64,000 bases of DNA from Polyangia bacterium (GTDB lineage Bacteria > Myxococcota_A > Polyangia > Polyangiales > JAUICN01). Under the pieces are notes generated by a model. That model was not told the DNA's origin, searched no databases, and was given only the letters and a program-made list of their open reading frames with translations. The position numbers and the translations under genes are program-made. Where the stretch lies: assembly GCA_030427835.1 (NCBI GenBank), contig JAUICN010000003.1:100965-164964 (forward strand). The letters are read 5' to 3'. This document shows, in pieces, positions 1-7,365 of this stretch (its first letter is position 1; each line of letters opens with the position of its first letter).

Positions 1-110
1 ACGTCAAACCCCTCCAGGGTAAGAAAATCCGCCAGAATCTCCCGAATCACCCGTTCGTCATCCACCACCAGAACCCGCGGGCGGGTGGTCCCCGTGGCGG
101 GTCCCCTCAC
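1..110 (-). CDS. response regulator receiver domain protein, N-terminal part only (gene continues past the left edge)
   Basis: Reverse-strand translation of 110-1 reads V-RGPATGTTRPRVLVVDDERVIREILADFLTLEGFDV, a canonical REC beta1/alpha1. Start assigned to GTG 110-108; other in-frame GTG/TTG codons lie further upstream. Not in the ORF track because the window edge truncates it. Confidence 0.55.
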   Translation of the reverse strand, partial: MRGPATGTTRPRVLVVDDERVIREILADFLTLEGFD

Positions 111-460
111 GCGATTCTCCCCGGGTTGCCCTGTGGCCGGGGCCACATTGGGGACAGAGATCGGAGGTGGTGCCTGAATCGACGGGTGCGATCCATGGCT
201 GTCACCGGGGCGCTGAGAAGCCACGATACCCAACTTAGCGCCAGCGGCACTCTGCTGTAAACGCGTTTTATGTTCCTACGGGTTCCCACCGCACGTCGGC
301 CACAACGCCCCATTTTTCCGATCTTTGGCATTTTGCGGCGTCTCCAGGTCAGGACAGGAGTGACACCCCAGTTGACGGCCACCGAAGACCTCATTTACCC
401 TAATAGAAATGGTTTTTTCGGACAGACCGCAGAGTTTGCCGATACCATGACAATACGGGC

Positions 461-1345
461 ATGGACTCCGACATCAAGACACGGGTAACCCCCCTCGAGG
501 AACTAAAAATGCCCGTACAGCGCGGGCATGATTGTCTCGTGGTGATCTATTCATCCGACGGGCGCATGTTTGGAAAACGCCATGTGTTAGGCGACCGGCC
601 GGTGACCCTAGGCCGGGGAAGCGAAAATACCATCGTATTGGAGAACGACAGCGTCTCTCGCCGCCATTGCCGCGTAGAAAAGCGGGGAAGCACCTACCAT
701 GTGGTGGATCTGGACTCCACCAACGGAAGCTACGTGAACGACGAGCTTTCCAAGGAGATTCAGCTTCGTCGGGGCGATCAACTCAAGGTGGGGGACAGCA
801 TTTTCAAGTTCCTCAGCGGTTCGGACGTGGAAGCCCAATACCACGAAACCATCTACCGTATGACCATCGTGGACGGGCTCACGGGCGTCAACAACAAACG
901 CTACCTCATGGATTCCCTGGAACGGGAGATCCCCCGCGCCCGCCGGCACGCCCGACCACTATCCATGGTCATGTTTGATATCGATCATTTCAAGAAGGTC
1001 AACGACAGCTTCGGTCACCTGGCGGGGGACTATGTCCTCAAGGAAATGGCTGGAGTCGTCAAAGCCCGCCTGCGGCCCGACGATATTCTAGGGCGTTATG
1101 GGGGCGAAGAGTTTGCCATCCTGTTGCCCGAAACCAGTGTGCAGGGGGCCATCACCATCGCTGAAGAACTCCGCAAATTGGTGGCAGAACACCGGTTTAT
1201 CTTCGAAGGGGAGACCATTGAAAGCACCATTTCCCTGGGGTGCGCCCAACTCCAGGACGGGTGGGATGCCCTCAACTTTATCAAAGTGGCGGATGAACAG
1301 CTCTACGCCGCAAAGCACGCCGGTCGCAACCAGGTATGCGGCTAG
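461..1345 (+). CDS. FHA domain-containing diguanylate cyclase (FHA-GGDEF)
   Basis: 294-aa track ORF. N-terminal FHA signature (VTLGRGSENTIVLENDSVSRRHCRVE...DLDSTNGSYVN). C-terminal GGDEF domain with intact GGEEF and an RPDD (RxxD) I-site five residues upstream. Confidence 0.85.
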   Translation: MDSDIKTRVTPLEELKMPVQRGHDCLVVIYSSDGRMFGKRHVLGDRPVTLGRGSENTIVLENDSVSRRHCRVEKRGSTYHVVDLDSTNGSYVNDELSKEIQLRRGDQLKVGDSIFKFLSGSDVEAQYHETIYRMTIVDGLTGVNNKRYLMDSLEREIPRARRHARPLSMVMFDIDHFKKVNDSFGHLAGDYVLKEMAGVVKARLRPDDILGRYGGEEFAILLPETSVQGAITIAEELRKLVAEHRFIFEGETIESTISLGCAQLQDGWDALNFIKVADEQLYAAKHAGRNQVCG

Positions 1346-1482
1346 GCCGGCCTCAAGGCGCTAATTTTGTTGGAATTTCTCCAATTTAGATCCGCCCAGT
1401 CAACCCAGAGGAATCAAACCTACAGTGTGGTTTAATGTAGGATAGTTGGCGGGTTTCCCCATCCCGACCTAACCTTGGGCCC

Positions 1483-3216
1483 ATGCGTGCAACTGAGGAA
1501 CACTCCCCCTGTCCCACCCGCCCTTCTGTATCGGCGGCCCCCTATTCACCGTGGTGGACGGTGACCGTACTGGCACTCACTGTGGCGTTGCTGCCACAGC
1601 ATGCCCGCGCCGAAGCAGAACGCGCCGCCGATCTGGAAACGAACCCATCTTCCCTCAGGGCCCCTGCCCTCTCCCTGGAAGCCGGGCCCGATCTTGAACC
1701 GATGGTAAGGCACTACGCCTACTCCGAGCATGGCCGGCGATCCTTTCAAACCTGGCTGCAGCGGGCGGCTGTCTTCCAACGGGAGGTGCGTCACGCCCTG
1801 GCCACGGCCGGAGTGCCGGAAGATCTTTGGCTTGTGGCCATGGTGGAGAGTGGGTACGTGCCCGACGCCCGCTCCCCCGCCAACGCCGTGGGGCTCTGGC
1901 AGTTCATGTCGCCTGTGGCCCTGGAGCACGGACTGCGCATCGACCGATGGGTGGATGAGCGCATGGACCCCACCCAGTCGACCCGGGCCGCAGCGAAGTA
2001 CTTACAGGCGTTGCACGAACGTTTTGGAACCTGGGAACTGGCCCTGGCCGCGTACAACATGGGTCCCTCCGCGTTGATGCATTCCATTCAGAAGTACAAT
2101 ACCAACGACTTTGAAAAACTGGCGACCCTGGAGGCCGGCCTTCCCCATGAGACCGTCCAATACGTGGCCCGTATTGGTGCCTGCATCGTAGTGGCCGCCA
2201 ATGCAGACCAGCTTGGCTTCACCTTCGATTCTGCGGCGCCGTCTCCCTACACCGAGGTATCGGTACAACCGGGAACATCCTTGGCCCGCCTTTCCAATGT
2301 GCTGCGTGTGGACATGGAAGAGCTGAGTGCCCTGAACCCCTCCTTGAAACGGAACCGTGTCCCACCAGGGGGGCAACGATTGGTGGTCCGCATTCCAGAG
2401 GCCGCCACAGAAGCGGTAAGCAATCCCCATTGGATGGAGCACGCTGCGCCTCACCTGGGGGAGCACCGTTTGCGCTTTGGAGAAACCCTCTCCGATGTGG
2501 CCAAGCACTACGGGGTATCGACCCGTAGGTTGGCAGAGCTCAACGATTTTCACCAGAATGAAGAAGTTCCCCACGGAACCTTCTTGCTGGTGCCTCCCTC
2601 CACCCAGCCCCAGGTTGAACAGTCCGCGTGGGTCGTGGCGGTACCGACGCAAGTCACCGCGCCCTCCCAGCGTTCTCGCCTGTTCTTCAGGGTTCGTAAG
2701 GGCATGGATCTCAAGTCCATTGCCGAGTTCTTTCAAGTGACGGAGCGAGAGCTGGAAGTTTGGAATGAAATCGATCGTGACGCGCACCTCCATGAGGGGA
2801 TGTTTCTTCAGGTATTCGCGCCCATCACCGCTCCGGTGGAACACGCCATCGTGAAACGGCAAGACGAAGTGCAGCTTTTCGATCGGGGCTCGGTCGACTT
2901 TCTCGAATACTACGAAGCGTCCCGTGGGCGCGTGCGCCACACACACCTGTGTGAAGAGGGGGACAGCATGGAAGCCCTGAGCAACCAGTACGGTCTCTCG
3001 GTGGGATCCATCGCCCGTATCAACGGGATCTCCCGTCGCTCAGACCTCGAAGAGGGGCAGCCCGTGGTGGTCTACGTGGAAAAGGAAAACGCACCTCTCG
3101 CGGCGAAGCTGCAAGAAGTCGCCGAGCAAGACGCACCCCTGGCGGAAGGGGCCGTGGAGCCTGAGGAGTCCCTGGAGTTGGACGATCCGGTCGAAGCCAC
3201 GCCAGAAGCGATTTAG
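1483..3216 (+). CDS. lytic transglycosylase with LysM repeats (MltD-like)
   Basis: 577 aa with a hydrophobic N-terminus. SLT catalytic block (LVAMVESGY, AVGLWQFM, AAYNMGP) followed by LysM-like repeats (HRLRFGETLSDVAKHYGVSTRRLAELN; FFRVRKGMDLKSIAEFFQVTERELEVWN; EEGDSMEALSNQYGLSVGSIARING). Confidence 0.85.
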   Translation: MRATEEHSPCPTRPSVSAAPYSPWWTVTVLALTVALLPQHARAEAERAADLETNPSSLRAPALSLEAGPDLEPMVRHYAYSEHGRRSFQTWLQRAAVFQREVRHALATAGVPEDLWLVAMVESGYVPDARSPANAVGLWQFMSPVALEHGLRIDRWVDERMDPTQSTRAAAKYLQALHERFGTWELALAAYNMGPSALMHSIQKYNTNDFEKLATLEAGLPHETVQYVARIGACIVVAANADQLGFTFDSAAPSPYTEVSVQPGTSLARLSNVLRVDMEELSALNPSLKRNRVPPGGQRLVVRIPEAATEAVSNPHWMEHAAPHLGEHRLRFGETLSDVAKHYGVSTRRLAELNDFHQNEEVPHGTFLLVPPSTQPQVEQSAWVVAVPTQVTAPSQRSRLFFRVRKGMDLKSIAEFFQVTERELEVWNEIDRDAHLHEGMFLQVFAPITAPVEHAIVKRQDEVQLFDRGSVDFLEYYEASRGRVRHTHLCEEGDSMEALSNQYGLSVGSIARINGISRRSDLEEGQPVVVYVEKENAPLAAKLQEVAEQDAPLAEGAVEPEESLELDDPVEATPEAI

Positions 3217-3221
3217 AACCG

Positions 3222-4355
3222 GTGAAGCCCATGCCCCAAAGGCCGCTCCATCTGGGGCCCCTGAAAGTGTGGCCACCGGTGGTGCTTGCGCCCATGGCAG
3301 GCGTCACAAACGCGCCCTTTCGTACCCTCTGTCGGGGCTACGGCGCGGGCCTCTATGTCAGTGAAATGATCACGGCCCGTCCCCTGGTGGAGGGCAACGC
3401 CAAAACCCTCAAGCTTTCAGATTTTGCACCGGGGGAAAGCCCACGCAGCCTGCAACTCTACGGGGTGGACCCCCACTACGTGGGCCTTGCGGTGGAGCGA
3501 CTGGTGGGCGAAGGGCATATCGATCACCTGGACATGAACTTCGGTTGCCCCGTTCCCAAGGTCACACGGCGAGGCGGTGGATCGGCCATTCCTGCGAAAC
3601 CCAACCTACTTCGTAACATCGTGCGTGCGGCGGTGGCCAACGCGGGAAACGTTCCCGTGACGATCAAATTTCGAATGGGGATCAACGACGATTGGCTCAC
3701 CTATCTGGAGGCCGGGAAAATTGCCCAAGAAGAGGGGTGCGCGGCGGTCGCCCTGCACGCTCGAACCGCGGCCCAACTCTACGACGGTCAGGCCCGTTGG
3801 GAGGCCATCGCAGCCCTCAAGGATCATGTGCGTTCGATCCCCGTGCTTGGCAACGGCGACATCTGGCAAGCGCAAGACGCCAGGCGCATGATGGAGCAAA
3901 CCCGGTGCGACGGTGTGGTCGTCGGGCGTGGTTGCCTGGGCCGCCCATGGCTTTTTCGGGAACTGGCGGCCTTGTTCGAGGGCAAGCCCTGTCCCCCTAC
4001 TCCCAATCTGGGTGAGGTCTGCGACGTGATGATCCGCCACGCCCAGGCCCTGGCCGATTGGATGGGTGAGCCGATGGGTGTACGGAACTTTCGGCGCCAT
4101 GCCACCTGGTACACCAAAGGGTTTCGCAACAGTGCGGCACTCCGCCAGATCCTCGTGAACGCCAACACCATGGAAGACCTCCGGCAGGCCCTCTCCCAGG
4201 TGGATCGCACAGAACCCTTTCCCGCAACCGCACTCCGCCTATCCAGAGGAAAACGGGCAGGTACCCAACGGGTGGCGTTGCCCGAAGGGTTTTGGGAAAC
4301 CCGTCACTCCTCTACCGTTCCAGAGGGTGCCGAGCAGGCAGGATCAGGCGGCTAG
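3222..4355 (+). CDS. dus: tRNA-dihydrouridine synthase
   Basis: 377 aa. Dus motifs VVLAPMAGVTNAPFR, LDMNFGCP (catalytic Cys) and VALHARTAAQ. GTG start lies 5 nt after the previous stop. Confidence 0.85.
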   Translation: MKPMPQRPLHLGPLKVWPPVVLAPMAGVTNAPFRTLCRGYGAGLYVSEMITARPLVEGNAKTLKLSDFAPGESPRSLQLYGVDPHYVGLAVERLVGEGHIDHLDMNFGCPVPKVTRRGGGSAIPAKPNLLRNIVRAAVANAGNVPVTIKFRMGINDDWLTYLEAGKIAQEEGCAAVALHARTAAQLYDGQARWEAIAALKDHVRSIPVLGNGDIWQAQDARRMMEQTRCDGVVVGRGCLGRPWLFRELAALFEGKPCPPTPNLGEVCDVMIRHAQALADWMGEPMGVRNFRRHATWYTKGFRNSAALRQILVNANTMEDLRQALSQVDRTEPFPATALRLSRGKRAGTQRVALPEGFWETRHSSTVPEGAEQAGSGG

Positions 4356-4366
4356 ACCGCAGACTC

Positions 4367-6265
4367 TTACCCACGTTGTCGGGTTGCAAGCATCACCACA
4401 TTGTCTGGGGTCAGGTCCCCATCGGCAGCAGCGGCACGGTCGTTCAACAGGGGCTCTAGCTGTTGGGACGGCATCGGCCTCCCCAGAAGGTAGCCCTGGG
4501 CCACATCACAACCAAGTCCCACCAGGGCATCCAACTGCTCCTGGGTTTCCACTCCTTCCGCAACGGATTCGAGCCCAAGGTTCTGGGCAAGCCCGATGAT
4601 GGCCCGTGCCACCATGGATTCCTGTTCCGTCCCCTCCAGGCGCTGCACAAAAGACCGATCGATCTTCAATCGATCCATGGGAAGCGAATCCAAATAGCGC
4701 AGGGACGAATACCCGGTACCGAAGTCGTCCAGGGCGAGTTTGACCCCCATGTCCCGCAGGGCCTCCATCACACGCACGCTGCGTTCCATATCGTCCAAAA
4801 ACACCCCTTCGGTAAGTTCCAGCTCCAGTTGGTCCGGGGCAATGCCCACCCGAGAAATCACGTCGCGCACACCGGGAACGAAATCCGGGGACTGAAACTG
4901 TTTGCCCGAAACATTCACCGCCATTCGAAGCCCATGGAAGCCCTGCCGTTCCCAATGGGACAACTGCAGGCAAGCCTCCTCCAGGACCTGTCCACCCACC
5001 GAAAGGATCCAATCATTCTTTTCTGCCTGGGAAATAAACTGGTCCGTACGTCCAAGGCTTCCGTCCGACCGGTTCCAACGCAACAGGGCTTCCACTCCCA
5101 GGATACGGCGACTGCCCAAATCCACCTGTGGTTGATAGTGAAGCGTGTAGTTCCGCGCTCGCACAGCCTCCTGTACCTCGTACTCCAGCCCAAGGTGTTC
5201 ACTCACCTTGCGGTTCAGTTCTTCGGTGTGAAACAAAAAGCGGTCGCCACCCTCCTGCTTTGCACAATACATTGCCGCGTCTGCCCTTCGCATGAGCCCC
5301 TGGGCCACGTTGCCCTCACTGCCATCGTCCTCCTGGAAAGGGAACACACTGATACCAAGCGTGGTGGAAACCGTAACATCGGATCCACGGATGCGATGGG
5401 GGATCCGGCCCACGCTACACAACCGTTCGGCCACCTTGGATATGGTGGCGGCATCCGTCACTCCCTCAAGAAGTACGGCAAACTCATCACCCCCAATACG
5501 GGCCACCTGATCCGTGGGACGCAAGCACTTCAACACCCGTTCTGATAGCGTTCCCAGCACCCGATTCCCCTCCTGCCGACCAAAGGATTCGTTGATCAAC
5601 TTCAGCCGATCCACGTCCATCAGGATCACGGCGCCAGTGGGGATCAACCGACCGGATGGTGTTGGGGAGCCGTGTTCTTGGGTCGGCTTTTTAGGCCGGC
5701 TTTGTTCCACCGCCCGGGACAACTTCTCCAGAAACCAATCCCGGTTGCCAAGGCCGGTAAGCCCATCGCGGTGAAGGCGTGCATCCTGGGAACATTGGGC
5801 TCGACTGCGCTCCACCGCATGCCGGAATCTCCGCGCCAACTCCTCAGCCGCCACATGGTGCCAAGAGAGGTAGTCCTGTCCGCCGCGCCCAAGTACCATG
5901 AGGGCTCGCTCTTCCAGGGTTGTCTTCTGAATGGTTTCATCGGAGGGGTGCGTATTCTGTGGATTCACTTCCCCATCGACGACCACCACCGGCACCTGGG
6001 GGGCCCACCCCAGAACCCTCCCAAGGAGCTCCATGCAGTCCGTCTCCACTCCCATGCGGACCACTACCAGATCAGGGTTTCCCACAGAAAATGCGTCCTC
6101 CACACCCAGCCCGGGGTCTGCACTACACAGCGTCCAGGTGACCCCCAAACGCCCCGTGAGTCGCTCACCGAGAACCTCCGTAAAATGGGACGACCCGTCC
6201 CACAGAAGAACCCGTATTTCCTCCAAGAAAGCCACTATTAATTCAAAATTACAGAATAAACGCAC
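4367..6265 (-). CDS. receiver-like (pseudo-REC) / GGDEF / EAL protein
   Basis: 632 aa. Residues about 15-100 are receiver-like, but the phospho-acceptor position reads Arg (PDLVVVRMG). GGDEF is intact (RIGGDEFAVLL) and EAL is intact (EALLRW, DDFGTGYSS, EGVET). Start is uncertain: the track uses GTG 6265. In-frame GTG 6235 (VAFLEEIRVLLWDG) fits a REC N-terminus better and follows a TTTACA-17-TAATTT sigma70-like motif (6274-6246, minus strand). Confidence 0.85.
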   Translation of the reverse strand: MRLFCNFELIVAFLEEIRVLLWDGSSHFTEVLGERLTGRLGVTWTLCSADPGLGVEDAFSVGNPDLVVVRMGVETDCMELLGRVLGWAPQVPVVVVDGEVNPQNTHPSDETIQKTTLEERALMVLGRGGQDYLSWHHVAAEELARRFRHAVERSRAQCSQDARLHRDGLTGLGNRDWFLEKLSRAVEQSRPKKPTQEHGSPTPSGRLIPTGAVILMDVDRLKLINESFGRQEGNRVLGTLSERVLKCLRPTDQVARIGGDEFAVLLEGVTDAATISKVAERLCSVGRIPHRIRGSDVTVSTTLGISVFPFQEDDGSEGNVAQGLMRRADAAMYCAKQEGGDRFLFHTEELNRKVSEHLGLEYEVQEAVRARNYTLHYQPQVDLGSRRILGVEALLRWNRSDGSLGRTDQFISQAEKNDWILSVGGQVLEEACLQLSHWERQGFHGLRMAVNVSGKQFQSPDFVPGVRDVISRVGIAPDQLELELTEGVFLDDMERSVRVMEALRDMGVKLALDDFGTGYSSLRYLDSLPMDRLKIDRSFVQRLEGTEQESMVARAIIGLAQNLGLESVAEGVETQEQLDALVGLGCDVAQGYLLGRPMPSQQLEPLLNDRAAAADGDLTPDNVVMLATRQRG

Positions 6266-6365
6266 TTCTGTAAATAGGGACGTTCAAGAAGTCACCATTT
6301 AGGGGCGCCACGGCCCCCGGCCCGTGCCTCCGGGTACCCATGAAACCAGCCAAAAGTTGGCTCAT

Positions 6366-7109
6366 TCAAGGGCTCTGGGGAAAAACTGCGCAAAAAACGG
6401 TCTTGCCAGGTTCGGATGTCCAGGAGAGCTCCCCGCCATGCCCTGCCACGATGGACCGAACAATGGGCAAGCCCAGGCCAGGTCCCGAACCGTGCTCCAG
6501 GACCCCGTCCGGTAAACCGGGGCCCGAATCCTGTACACGCACAAACAGGTCGCCCTCGTTTCGACCCACCGTGAGCGCGATGTTGACCCAACCCTTGCCC
6601 GCTGCTTGCACCGCATTGCGCACCAGGTTGTGCACCACTCGGGTCATACCATTGGGATCGAACTTCGCTGCCGTTCGATCCTGCAGATCCAGCACAAGTT
6701 GGCTTCGGCTCCCGAACACGTCCTGCAAGGACCGCATCATCTCCTCAAAAAAGGGCTGCAAGTGAACCCTTCGAACCCACAGCTCCTGCTCCCCCCGGAC
6801 ATAGGCCAGGGTTTGCTGGCTCATGGATTCCACAAACTCCAACTGCCGAAGTGCCCGGGCCGCAAAGTCATAGCGGGTATCCATATCCGTTTCGTCCCGC
6901 ATAAGCGAAAGGTAACCGCGCACCACCGTAAGAGGTGTCCGTAGATCGTGAAGGACATGGGCAAGAAAGCGGCCGACATCCTCCATACGCACCTCACTCG
7001 TCAGGGGGAGTGACCCTGCCGGGCCCTGCCCTTGCACGGCCGCCAATTCCTCCGTGGGCAACGCGTCCTTCTTCAACGTTTCAACGTTCAAGCTATCCCC
7101 GGGGCACAT
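6366..7109 (-). CDS. cytoplasmic histidine kinase without a recognisable sensor domain
   Basis: 247 aa. H-box FLAHVLHDLRTPLTVV; HATPase_c boxes VVHNLVRNAVQA, VQDSGPGLP and GPGLGLPIV. No TM, PAS or GAF visible. Its ATG overlaps the end of the upstream small ORF by 17 nt. Confidence 0.85.
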   Translation of the reverse strand: MCPGDSLNVETLKKDALPTEELAAVQGQGPAGSLPLTSEVRMEDVGRFLAHVLHDLRTPLTVVRGYLSLMRDETDMDTRYDFAARALRQLEFVESMSQQTLAYVRGEQELWVRRVHLQPFFEEMMRSLQDVFGSRSQLVLDLQDRTAAKFDPNGMTRVVHNLVRNAVQAAGKGWVNIALTVGRNEGDLFVRVQDSGPGLPDGVLEHGSGPGLGLPIVRSIVAGHGGELSWTSEPGKTVFCAVFPQSP

Positions 7110-7365
7110 GGGCGCCTCCGGTCAACTCCCTCTCAAATCCTTCGGGCGTGCCCGATCGGGTCATACTCCAACCCTCCGCTGCACATACCTCCTCGGTGAC
7201 GTTCCAGAGCTCCTGGAACTGCGCCGATGGGCACCCCAACCACAGACCGTTGCCGTTGCCATATACCAGCGCCAGCCCCTCGTAGCCGTCCATGAGAAAC
7301 CGAACCCATTGATGTTCGTGAACCGGCACTTCCAGTTCAACCCATGTGAGTGCGTGATGGATCAC
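7093..7365 (-). CDS. small hypothetical protein (90 aa) translationally coupled to the cyclase gene
   Basis: GTG 7365-7363 forms GTGA with the cyclase TGA (7364-7362) and the frame runs to 7093. The track lists a 115-aa version from ATG 7440 that would overlap the cyclase gene by 78 nt. Hand translation shows mostly G/C third positions. The core HQWVRFLMDGYEGLALVYGNGNGLWLGCPSAQFQELW resembles the DUF4911 family from memory; this is unverified. Confidence 0.55.
   Translation of the reverse strand: MIHHALTWVELEVPVHEHQWVRFLMDGYEGLALVYGNGNGLWLGCPSAQFQELWNVTEEVCAAEGWSMTRSGTPEGFERELTGGAHVPRG

Noticed and set aside
326-336. TGGCATTTTGC as a sigma54 -24/-12 promoter upstream of the FHA-GGDEF gene
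   Set aside because: The TGGCA and TTGC elements are separated by 2 nt rather than the roughly 6 nt required by TGGCAC-N5-TTGC, so the GG/GC spacing is wrong.
1344-1353. 10-bp palindrome AGGCCGGCCT at the stop codon of the FHA-GGDEF gene
   Set aside because: It is short and GC-only with no loop, so it cannot form a terminator hairpin, and such a palindrome is plausible by chance in GC-rich DNA.
2002-2946. 314-aa minus-strand ORF opposite the MltD-like gene
   Set aside because: This is an antisense shadow ORF; the plus-strand frame has SLT and LysM motifs.
4463-5545. 360-aa plus-strand ORF opposite the GGDEF-EAL gene
   Set aside because: This is an antisense shadow ORF; the minus-strand frame carries intact GGDEF and EAL signatures.
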